Shown here piece by piece: positions 34,878 through 42,853 of a stretch of DNA of 64,000 nucleotides. Origin of the DNA: an uncultured bacterium. Lineage in GTDB: Bacteria > Gemmatimonadota > Gemmatimonadetes > Longimicrobiales > RSA9. Each line of letters begins with the position of its first letter. The stretch's first letter is position 1. The position numbers and the translations under genes were made by a program. The notes beneath the pieces are model-generated. The model was given only the letters and a program-made list of their open reading frames with translations, did no database searches and had not been told where the DNA came from. The stretch is from the NCBI GenBank assembly GCA_937889645.1, contig CALBZE010000023.1, forward strand, positions 7,159 to 71,158. Reading direction: 5' to 3'.

Positions 34878-34955
34878 CGGAGGATCGGCCGTTGGCGCGC
34901 CGCCCACGGGTGTGGCGGCGCGGCGAGTAGTTCGGACTTCGACCACGAGCGTCCC

Positions 34956-35966
34956 ATGAAGAACCTGCCCCTACCCCTGGTGCCGCTCCTCGTCGCGTGC
35001 GCAGCGTCGGACGCGGGGGAGCCCGTTTGGATCGACGATTTCGTCGAGCAGTCGTTGGCGGTGGAGTGCGAGCCGGTGCCGTCGCTCACCGCCCGGGAGT
35101 CGACGGTGACCGACGTCGCCACGTTGAGCGACAGCACGTTCCTGGTGTTGTATGGCCGGGACCGGGAGGTCGTACTCGTCGGGCCGGATCTCGAGCCGCG
35201 CCGGGTCGTCGCGTTCGCGGAGGACGGGCCCACCGGCGTGCGCAGGCCCAGCTCGGCGACGCTGGTCGGCGACACGGTCTACGTCGCCGATCAGACGCGA
35301 TCGATGCTCAAGCGGCTGGGTCTGGACGGGAGCGACCGGGGCAGCGTGAGCCTGTCGTTTCCGCCGCAGCAGGTGCGGTCGCTGGGCGGCGCGGTGCTCG
35401 TCACGCCGATGGTGATGGGGAGGCATCCGGATCACCTGGTCTACCGGATCGTGGAGGGCGACGCGGTCCCGCTCAGCGTCCGCACGGTCCCCTACGGCGA
35501 TTTCGTCGTGAACCTGCTGGCGAACATGGCCGGGGTGGCCGCGTACCCGGACGGCAGGGTCGTGGTCACGCACACGTACGTGATTCCGTTCGCGTACGAG
35601 TTGCGCCTCGGCGAGCCGGGCCCGGTGCGGAGGGTCCCGGTCCCTCTGCCGCGGGAGGTGGGCGCGACGTTGGGGCGGTCGCCGGCCGGGACGGCGGAAC
35701 AGGTCAGGTCGGAGGACCTGCCGGTGGCGGTGATCGCGGCGGCCGCGGACGCACGGAGCGGCGATCTGGTGGTGCTGGCCCGCAGCGGCCGCATCCGCCC
35801 GGACGGCGTCTTCGAGAAGGCGGTGATCCGATTGGATTCCGAGCTCGAGTATCGGCGGTCGTACGTGCTCGACGTGAACGCGATTCGGATGGCGTATCTG
35901 GCTGCGCGGCAGATCGCCGTCGTCGTCGACGAGGTGGACCAATGGCACGCATGTCCGGTGGCGTAG
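34956..35966 (+). CDS. lipoprotein, probably beta-propeller-like (336 aa)
   Basis: MKNLPLPLVPLLVAC lipobox. Repeated ...G(D)xVYVAD / DGRVVVTH strand-like motifs. ATG at 34956. Confidence 0.75.
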   Translation: MKNLPLPLVPLLVACAASDAGEPVWIDDFVEQSLAVECEPVPSLTARESTVTDVATLSDSTFLVLYGRDREVVLVGPDLEPRRVVAFAEDGPTGVRRPSSATLVGDTVYVADQTRSMLKRLGLDGSDRGSVSLSFPPQQVRSLGGAVLVTPMVMGRHPDHLVYRIVEGDAVPLSVRTVPYGDFVVNLLANMAGVAAYPDGRVVVTHTYVIPFAYELRLGEPGPVRRVPVPLPREVGATLGRSPAGTAEQVRSEDLPVAVIAAAADARSGDLVVLARSGRIRPDGVFEKAVIRLDSELEYRRSYVLDVNAIRMAYLAARQIAVVVDEVDQWHACPVA

Positions 35967-36613
35967 GCGCGGCGGTCCCCGAGCTGCGCCTGGAGGAGGT
36001 CTCGGTGCGGCACGGCCGACGGCGGGTCGTGGAACCGCTCACATGGGTGCATCGGGCGGGGCGTATCGCCTGGCTGATCGGGGAGAACGGCGCGGGGAAG
36101 AGCTCGCTGCTGAGGGTGCTGGCCGGCCGGATGCGCCCGGCGACGGGCACGGTGACGTTGCTGGATCCGGCCGGCCGGTCCGGCGAGCGGATCTATTACA
36201 GGCCGGCGATGCGGTTGCCGGGCGGCGTGACGGCGGGGGCGTGGGCCCGGCTCATGGAGCGGCTCGCGGGGCCGGCCGCGGCGGGTGCGGAGGAGCCGAT
36301 GGCGGTCCTTCGCCCCAGTGTCCCAGAGAACCGTCTGTTGGGCCGGGTGTCGACGGGGGAGGCGAAGCGGACGCTGCTGGAGGCGCTGCTTCGCAAGCCG
36401 GCGCCGTTCGTGTTCCTGGACGAGCCGTACGAGCACCTGTCCGCCCGCGCGCGGGACGCGCTCACGGAGGTTTTGGTCGCACGCGCGAAGACCGCCGTCG
36501 TCGTGGTGGCGACGAACCAGCCGATCCCGGATGCAGCGGCGGGACCGGTCGTTCAGGTGGACGGAGAGCGCGCGGTGGTCATCGAACCGGAGGAGTCGCG
36601 ATGGATGTCGTGA
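35942..36613 (+). CDS. ABC transporter ATP-binding protein (223 aa)
   Basis: Walker A GENGAGKSS, signature-like VSTGEAKR, Walker B FVFLDEP. ATG at 35942 overlaps the upstream gene by 25 nt. Confidence 0.85.
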   Translation: MARMSGGVGAAVPELRLEEVSVRHGRRRVVEPLTWVHRAGRIAWLIGENGAGKSSLLRVLAGRMRPATGTVTLLDPAGRSGERIYYRPAMRLPGGVTAGAWARLMERLAGPAAAGAEEPMAVLRPSVPENRLLGRVSTGEAKRTLLEALLRKPAPFVFLDEPYEHLSARARDALTEVLVARAKTAVVVVATNQPIPDAAAGPVVQVDGERAVVIEPEESRWMS

Positions 36614-37365
36614 ACCGGACGACGGATGCGCTCGCTGCCGGCCCGATGGGTTCGGCCGCGCCGGCGGCGAGGGGGCGGTTGCGGGCGCTGGTCGCGGTGG
36701 AGCTGCAGCGGGCGATGCGGTCGCCGGGGGCGCTGGTGGGCGTCGCGGGGTTCCTGATCCTCCTGGGCGTGGGGCACTGGTCGTACTGGACGTCGCTCCC
36801 GCCGCGGCCGGAGGACGATCGCCTCTTCGTGTGGGGCTACATCGTCGCGATGTGCGGGATGTTCAGGCTCGGCCTGAGCGAGGATCGGGAGCTGGCGCTG
36901 GACGAGTACCTCGTTTCGAACCTGGTCTCGCCTCTGCGATACGCGCTCTCCAAGCTCCTGGCGACGATCGCCGTTGTCGGCATTTTCGGCGCGGGCGCGT
37001 TCGTGTGCGCCGCGGCGGCGAGCGCGGGCGACTTCCAGTACGCGGCGTGGTACACGGTACTCATGACGCTGGTCGTCTGGACGCTGCTCCCCGTATTGCT
37101 CCTGGTCGAGTTCGGGATCGACACGCGCTACCCCGCTCTGTTCGTGCTGCTCATCTTCATCGCGGCGGTCGTCGTCGGCCGACTCGCCCTGGGCCCCATC
37201 GCGATCGTGCGGGTCATGGGGTTGGAACTCGAGCGGTACGTCTACTCGTCCCTGGCGCCGCTGGGCGTGCGCGCGCTCGTCGCCGGGTGGGTCCTCGTGC
37301 TCCTCTACCCGTTGTGGCGGCTCCGGCTGGTGGGACGGGCGGGGTGGTCTTGGGCGAAGGTGTAG
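36601..37365 (+). CDS. ABC-2-type transporter permease (254 aa)
   Basis: ATG at 36601 overlaps the ATPase gene by 13 nt. About six hydrophobic helices (ALVGVAGFLILLGV, GYIVAMCGMF, LLATIAVVGIFGAGAFV, VLMTLVVWTLLPVLLLV, ALFVLLIFIAAVVVG, ALVAGWVLVLLYPL). Confidence 0.8.
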   Translation: MDVVNRTTDALAAGPMGSAAPAARGRLRALVAVELQRAMRSPGALVGVAGFLILLGVGHWSYWTSLPPRPEDDRLFVWGYIVAMCGMFRLGLSEDRELALDEYLVSNLVSPLRYALSKLLATIAVVGIFGAGAFVCAAAASAGDFQYAAWYTVLMTLVVWTLLPVLLLVEFGIDTRYPALFVLLIFIAAVVVGRLALGPIAIVRVMGLELERYVYSSLAPLGVRALVAGWVLVLLYPLWRLRLVGRAGWSWAKV

Positions 37366-37555
37366 CGGGCAGGGAGAGCGGGTTGGGTGGGCCAGTCGAG
37401 CGGAAGGCCCGAGTGAGCGAGCGGGGCGAGCGGGCAGGGCGGATTGGCACCCGCCCCACTCGCCCCGATTCACCCCTGGCTCGGCCCATCGCTCGGCCCT
37501 CGGTCCACCCTTCGCTCAACCCTTCACCATCCACCGCGGCCGGGTGGCCGGGAAC

Positions 37556-38083
37556 TCAGTACCGCGAGCGGCGGCGCGGGCGGTACTCGACGTCGTAGCC
37601 CGGACCGGCCGCGCCGCCGATGCGCCGCCGGCCTTCGCGCGCCATGAACTCCTCGCCGTATTCGCCGTAGGCGCCCCTGGTGACGCGGATCGGCGCGCCT
37701 CGCTCGCGGTCGCCGAACGGATCGCCGTAGTCGGTCTGCCAACGGCTCTTCCGGTACTCGCGGCCGTACCCGGCGCCGCGGTAATCGACGTCGTACGCTC
37801 CATAGGCGCCATAGCCGAGGCCGTACCCCATGTATTCGCGGCCATAGCCGAGGTTGCCGGTCCGGTAGTAGGGGCGTTCCCTCCCCATGTACTCCCGGCC
37901 GTACCCCATGGCCTCGCGGCCGCCGAACTCGCCGCCGTAGCCCATCTCGCGACGACGCATCCTGCTGCGCCAGCCGCCCGGGCGGCTGCGCGAACGCGCG
38001 GAGCGCGGCGTCGGCTCGAAGAGCTCCCGCTCGCCGTATCCGAGGCCGTACGTGCGTCCGTAGTCCATGTCGTAGCGCGCCAT
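37556..38083 (-). CDS. Arg/Gly/Tyr-rich low-complexity (intrinsically disordered-looking) protein, 175 aa
   Basis: Strong GAGGAGGAG SD before ATG 38083. MARYDMDYGRTYGLGYGERE...MGYGREYMGRERPYYRTGNLGYGREYMGYGLGYGAYGAYDVDYRGAGYGREY... . The rest of ORF 37556..38599 upstream is non-coding-like. Confidence 0.7.
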   Translation of the reverse strand: MARYDMDYGRTYGLGYGERELFEPTPRSARSRSRPGGWRSRMRRREMGYGGEFGGREAMGYGREYMGRERPYYRTGNLGYGREYMGYGLGYGAYGAYDVDYRGAGYGREYRKSRWQTDYGDPFGDRERGAPIRVTRGAYGEYGEEFMAREGRRRIGGAAGPGYDVEYRPRRRSRY

Positions 38084-38105
38084 GTCTCCTCCTCGGGTTG
38101 CTCGG

Positions 38106-38366
38106 TCAGGTTGCACTGCCCTCGTCGTCTCGCCCCGTCTTGTGCTCCGTGTCGGGTGCGCGGATGTCTTCGGCGAAGCCGACGCCGCGGCTGAGTTCCT
38201 CGGTTCCGGTGCTGTCGCGACCGACGTCGTGGGCACGGGGGTCACGGACGCGGCCCGCGCCAGCGCTCTTCGCCCGGTCGCGACGGCGAGCCGCGTCGCG
38301 GGCGTCCTCGACCTCGGGCGTTTCCGGGTCCTCCGGCGTATGTGTCGGTGGGCGGGTCTCGGGCAT
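38106..38366 (-). CDS. possible small acidic disordered protein (86 aa) upstream of the RGY-rich gene
   Basis: ATG at 38366 in the ORF 38106..38615 frame. Manual codon read shows mostly G/C third positions with GAC/GAG/CGC usage. The stop lies 22 nt before the next gene's ATG. No family or strong SD, so tentative. Confidence 0.4.
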   Translation of the reverse strand: MPETRPPTHTPEDPETPEVEDARDAARRRDRAKSAGAGRVRDPRAHDVGRDSTGTEELSRGVGFAEDIRAPDTEHKTGRDDEGSAT

Positions 38367-38684
38367 GTCGTCCGTTCCGGAATCAGGGAGCGACGCCGGG
38401 GGTGCGAGCGCACCGGGAGCCGGTGCAAGAAACGGTCCGGGGAACGGGCGCGGCGGCTGCGGGCCTGGCGCACGGGGTAGCAGGCCCGGCGGGCGGTAGC
38501 AGGCCAGGCGGGCGGTGACAGGCTGGGCGGGCCGTGGCCTGCCCGGTGGGCCGGGATCGGAACGCCGGGGGCTTTCTGGCCGCGCGCGCCCGGAGGCATT
38601 ATGCCCCGACGGCATTATGTGTTAGATTGTCGGGCCCGCCGGACGGCGGGTTCTTCCATGCATTCCGAAGGTCTGGGGCCAGAC

Positions 38685-40595
38685 ATGGACGCGAGCATCC
38701 TGGATACGCTCCGCAAGCACGTGATCACGCGCGGGCTGGACGCGGAGGAGATCGAGTACGTGGCGGTTTTCGCGCGGGAGATCTGCTACCTGCCCGGGGC
38801 GTACGTCTTTCACGAGAGCCAGCCGCGGCGTGAGTTCGGCATCGTGCGTCGCGGCGCGATCGAGATTCGCAAGGGCGCGCGCGGCCGCCCCGAGGTCCTC
38901 TACGTGCTGACCCGGGGCGAGTCGTACGGCGAGGGGAGCCTGCTGGACGACTATCCGCATTCGACGTCGGCGTACGTCGCCGAGCCGACGGAGGTGGTGG
39001 AGATCCCGCGCGATGCGATCGAGCGGATCGCAGCGGAGCGTCCGGCCACGTACGCGCGGCTGGTGGCCGGCGCGGCGCAGGTGATCGCGAGCCGGCTGCG
39101 CGCCGCGAACGCGCGCCTCGTCGGCCGCGGCGGACACATGTACCTGTCCGGCGAACTGCGTCGCGAGAAGGATCTCCTCGGCGAGCGGGACGTCCCGGAC
39201 CAGTACTACTACGGGATCCAGACGCTGCGTGCGGTCGAGAATTTCCCGATCACCGGGATCGTGATCGGGCAGTACCCCGAGCTGATCAACGCGCTGGCGG
39301 CGGTGAAGGAAGCGGCCGCGCGGGCGAACATGGAACTGGGGCTGCTCGATGCGGATGTCGGCCAGGCGATCGTGCGGGCGTGCCAGGAGATCCGTTCCGG
39401 GAAGCTGCACGATCAGTTCGTCGTCGACGTGATCCAGGGCGGCGCGGGGACGTCGACGAACATGAACGCGAACGAGGTGATCGCGAACCGCGCGTTGGAG
39501 CTCCTCGGCCGCAGCCGCGGGGAGTACGACGTCGTCCACCCGAACAACCACGTCAACCTCTCGCAGTCGACGAACGACGTCTACCCGACGGCGATCAAGG
39601 TCGCGGCGAACTGGGCGCTCCAGGGGCTGGAGCAGGCGCTCGCCGACCTGCGCGATGCGTTCCTCGCGAAGGCGGAGGAGTTCTCGGACATCGTGAAGAT
39701 GGGGCGCACGCAGCTCCAGGACGCGGTGCCGATGACGCTCGGCCAGGAGTTCCACGCGTACGGCGTCACGATCGGCGAGGACGTCGAGCGTCTCCGCGAG
39801 GTGGGGGCGCTGACGCGCGAGATCAACATGGGCGCGACGGCGATCGGGACGGGGATCAACACCGATCCTCGCTACGCCCCGTTGGTCCGCCAGCATCTGT
39901 CGAGCATCACGGGCCTGGCGCTCGTGACGAGTCCCGACCTGGTCGAGGCGACGCCGGACACGGGCGCGTTCGTCCAGCTCTCCGGCGTGCTCAAGCGCGT
40001 CGCCGTGAAGCTCTCGAAGATCTGCAACGACCTGCGGCTCCTCTCGAGCGGGCCGCGCGCCGGCCTCGCGGAGATCAAGCTGCCGCCGATGCAGCCCGGC
40101 TCGAGCATCATGCCCGGGAAGGTGAACCCGGTCATCCCCGAGGTCGTCAACCAGGTCTGCTTCCAGGTGGTCGGCAACGACCTGACGGTGACGATGGCGG
40201 CGGAAGCGGGCCAGCTCCAGCTCAACGTCTTCGAGCCGGTCATCGCGTTCAACATCTTCCAGTCGATCGACATGCTGCGGCAGGCGTGCGTGGTCCTGCG
40301 CGAGCGGTGCGTGATCGGGATCACGGCGAACCGCGAGCGGATCCGGCACCTGCTGGAGCGCAGCATCGGCGTGGTGACCGCGCTGGTGCCGTACATCGGC
40401 TACGACCGCGCCAGCGCGGTGGCGCGCGAGGCGTTGGATACGGACCGCGGCGTGTACGAGCTCGTCCTCGAGCACGGCTGGCTGAGTCAGGAGCAGCTCG
40501 ACGAGATCCTCTCGCCCGAGGCGATGACCCGGCCGCGGGCGATGCCGGTGCTGCGCGGCCGGTTCGACGCGCAGGAAGAAGTGCCCGCGAACTGA
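38685..40595 (+). CDS. aspA: aspartate ammonia-lyase with an N-terminal cyclic-nucleotide-binding-like domain (fusion, 636 aa)
   Basis: N-terminus: LDAEEIEYVAVFAREICYLPGAYVFHESQP..FGIVRRGAIEI...GESYGEGSLL (cNMP/CAP-type barrel). Then EKDLLGERDVPDQYYYGIQTLRAVENF, DVIQGGAGTSTNMNANEV, QSTNDVYPT, GSSIMPGKVNP (aspartase-type). Alternative ATG at 38658. Confidence 0.85.
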   Translation: MDASILDTLRKHVITRGLDAEEIEYVAVFAREICYLPGAYVFHESQPRREFGIVRRGAIEIRKGARGRPEVLYVLTRGESYGEGSLLDDYPHSTSAYVAEPTEVVEIPRDAIERIAAERPATYARLVAGAAQVIASRLRAANARLVGRGGHMYLSGELRREKDLLGERDVPDQYYYGIQTLRAVENFPITGIVIGQYPELINALAAVKEAAARANMELGLLDADVGQAIVRACQEIRSGKLHDQFVVDVIQGGAGTSTNMNANEVIANRALELLGRSRGEYDVVHPNNHVNLSQSTNDVYPTAIKVAANWALQGLEQALADLRDAFLAKAEEFSDIVKMGRTQLQDAVPMTLGQEFHAYGVTIGEDVERLREVGALTREINMGATAIGTGINTDPRYAPLVRQHLSSITGLALVTSPDLVEATPDTGAFVQLSGVLKRVAVKLSKICNDLRLLSSGPRAGLAEIKLPPMQPGSSIMPGKVNPVIPEVVNQVCFQVVGNDLTVTMAAEAGQLQLNVFEPVIAFNIFQSIDMLRQACVVLRERCVIGITANRERIRHLLERSIGVVTALVPYIGYDRASAVAREALDTDRGVYELVLEHGWLSQEQLDEILSPEAMTRPRAMPVLRGRFDAQEEVPAN

Positions 40596-40677
40596 GGGCG
40601 GCGCTTCGGTCGGCGGTGCCGGTCGGCGGCGTCGCCTCGGTGGAACGGCGGCGCCGCGGTCGAACGCCGACGCGGCG

Positions 40678-42078
40678 TCAGTCGAACGGCCGCGCGGCGG
40701 GCGGGATGTTGTTCGGCAGGCTCAGGACGAACGTCGATCCCGAGCCGGGCCGGCTCTCGACGCGGATCTCTCCGCCGAGGAGGTGCGCGAGGCGGCGGGA
40801 CAGGGCGAGTCCGAGCCCGGTCCCGCCGTAGAGCCGGGTCGACGAGCCGTCGACCTGGCGGAACTCGTCGAAGATCGAAGCGAGCTGCTCGGCGGGGATG
40901 CCGATCCCCGTATCCTCGACGACCCACTCGATCCAGCCGGCGTTCCAGCGCGTCGGCGGGCCGCCCGGCTGGCGCCGCACCGTGACGGTGACCCGCCCCT
41001 GGCGGGTGAACTTGAAGGCGTTGGAGATCAGGTTCTCGAGGATCTTGACGACCTTGGCGCGGTCGGTCCGGATCGCGACCTCCTCCTCCGGCGCGTGGAT
41101 CTCGAACGCGACGCCTTCGGGCGGGTCGCCGGCGGCTGCGGCGGCAAGGCGGGCGAGCTCGGCCGCGTCCTCCCGCGCCTCCTGGATGGAGGTGCGGCCG
41201 AGCTTCAGATCCGAGAGCTCGAGGATGTCCGTGATGAGGCGCAGGAGCGCGGTCCCCGCTCGCTCGATCTTCTGCAGTGCTTCGGTCTGCTCGGCCGTGA
41301 CCGGGCCCACGTGCCCCTGGGCGATGAGGTAGGCGTAGCCGAGGATCGCCGTCAGGGGCGTGCGCAGCTCGTGGCCGACGTTGGCCAGGAACTCTTCCTT
41401 CAGGCGACGCGCCTCTTCCGCCTCCCGGATCCTGACCGACAGCTCTTCGTTCTGTTTCCGCAGCAGCTCGTTGGCCGACTGGAGGTGCTCGATCAGGTGC
41501 GCCTTCTCCGCCGTCGCCGCGAGCTGGTCGGCGACCATGTGGAGGAGCCGCATCTCCTCCGGGGTGAAGACGCGCGGCGCTTCGAAGTAGAAGCTGAGCG
41601 CGCCGGCCACCTCGTCGCGCACGGCGAGCGGGAGCACGATCTGGGCGCGGAAGCCAAGCTCCCGCGCCGGCTCCCACCATTCCCGCTGCGAGGGGTCCGC
41701 GAAGATGTCCTCGACCGCGACGGGCGTGTGGTCGGCGACGGCGCGCCCGGTCGGTCCGCGGCCGACCCGGATCCGGAGCTGGCTCAGGAACCGGGCCGAC
41801 GACTGGGGCCAATTCTGGGCGCAGACGAGCTTGAGCAGGTCGGGGTCGGTCGCGTCGCGGAGGAACACGGAGCCGAAGCTGGCGCCGACGAGCGGCGTGA
41901 CGCGGGCGAGCGCGAGTCGGTAGACTTCGAGCGGCTTGGTCGCGTTCAGGAACGCGTGGGCGATCTCGCGGACGACCTCTAACTCGCGTTGCTGCAACGA
42001 CTCATGCGGTTCCGCCGCGGCGGGTCGGGTGAGGTGGGCCGGGCGATCGGAGCTCACGATCTCGTTGGTAGTCTGCAT
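40678..42078 (-). CDS. GAF-domain sensor histidine kinase (466 aa)
   Basis: N-terminal GAF-like region (...GSVFLRDATDPDLLKLV...). FLANVGHELRTPLTAILGYAYL H-box. ENLISNAFKFT, DTGIGIP, GGTGLGLALSRRL ATPase boxes. ATG at 42078. Confidence 0.9.
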   Translation of the reverse strand: MQTTNEIVSSDRPAHLTRPAAAEPHESLQQRELEVVREIAHAFLNATKPLEVYRLALARVTPLVGASFGSVFLRDATDPDLLKLVCAQNWPQSSARFLSQLRIRVGRGPTGRAVADHTPVAVEDIFADPSQREWWEPARELGFRAQIVLPLAVRDEVAGALSFYFEAPRVFTPEEMRLLHMVADQLAATAEKAHLIEHLQSANELLRKQNEELSVRIREAEEARRLKEEFLANVGHELRTPLTAILGYAYLIAQGHVGPVTAEQTEALQKIERAGTALLRLITDILELSDLKLGRTSIQEAREDAAELARLAAAAAGDPPEGVAFEIHAPEEEVAIRTDRAKVVKILENLISNAFKFTRQGRVTVTVRRQPGGPPTRWNAGWIEWVVEDTGIGIPAEQLASIFDEFRQVDGSSTRLYGGTGLGLALSRRLAHLLGGEIRVESRPGSGSTFVLSLPNNIPPAARPFD

Positions 42079-42129
42079 CCGTGGGCGGAGGGGAGCGCTG
42101 GTTTCCGTGCGTCCGCGCGATCAAATCTC

Positions 42130-42158
42130 TTGACGCAATCCCGGTCCCGCTCTACTGT
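42130..42158 (+). promoter_or_regulatory. candidate sigma-70-type promoter for the HU gene (TTGACG-N17-TACTGT)
   Basis: TTGACG at 42130-42135, a 17-nt spacer, TACTGT at 42153-42158, about 220 nt upstream of the hup ATG. The implied leader contains GC hairpins (for example 42248-42272). Confidence 0.35.
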
Positions 42159-42380
42159 ACCCGAGACTTTTCCAGGCGCCGCGGCCTGTGAGAGGCGAAA
42201 AGTCCGTTCGAAGCGGCGCCGACGCGACTCAAGTTGGCAGTAGTTAGGGGAGCCGCGCAAGTGCGCGCTCCCGGTTCGGGGCCACGCGGCACCGGACCAG
42301 TTGGGTCCGCAGTTCGCCCTCCCGCGAGGGTGCGGGTCGGCGCATCTCGTCACCAGTTTCATTTCGAGAGGAGCGAGTCC

Positions 42381-42665
42381 ATGAACAAGTCCGAGCTGGT
42401 CCAGAACCTGGCGAACAAGGCCAAGCTGTCGAAGGCGGACGCCCAGCGTGCCGTGGACGCCCTGTTCAACCCGGGCAGCGGCGTCATTGCGTCGGCGCTG
42501 AAGAAGGGCGACAAGGTGCAGATCACCGGCTTCGGCACGTTCGAGACGCGCAAGCGCAAGGCTCGTACGGGTCGGAATCCGCGGACGGGCAAGGAGATCA
42601 AGATCGGCCCGACGACGAGCCCGTCGTTCCGCGCCGGCAAGGGCCTGAAGGACGCGATCAAGTAA
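42381..42665 (+). CDS. hup: DNA-binding protein HU (94 aa)
   Basis: MNKSELVQNLANKAKLSKADAQRAVDALF...ITGFGTFETRKRKARTGRNPRTGKEIKI...SFRAGKGLKDAI. GAGAGGAG SD before ATG 42381. Confidence 0.95.
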   Translation: MNKSELVQNLANKAKLSKADAQRAVDALFNPGSGVIASALKKGDKVQITGFGTFETRKRKARTGRNPRTGKEIKIGPTTSPSFRAGKGLKDAIK

Positions 42666-42685
42666 GATCGACGTTCGTCAGGATG

Positions 42686-42730
42686 CGAACAGGGCCGCGC
42701 TCCCGGATCGGGGCGCGGCCCTGTTCGTTT
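42686..42730 (+). terminator. terminator-like hairpin after hup
   Basis: Perfect 15-bp stem CGAACAGGGCCGCGC/GCGCGGCCCTGTTCG (42686-42700 / 42713-42727) followed by only TTT. A 27-nt direct repeat CCCTGTTCGTT(T/C)GGGGCGCGGGCATGC follows at 42719 and 42782. Confidence 0.5.
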
Positions 42731-42853
42731 GGGGCGCGGGCATGCCGGAGCGGGACGCGGCACGATTCGGCCGCGCCGTGCCCCTGTTCGTTCGGGGCGC
42801 GGGCATGCTCGCTCGCGCCGCGGCCGTGTCGGTTCGCGACCCGCCGCGGCCGT

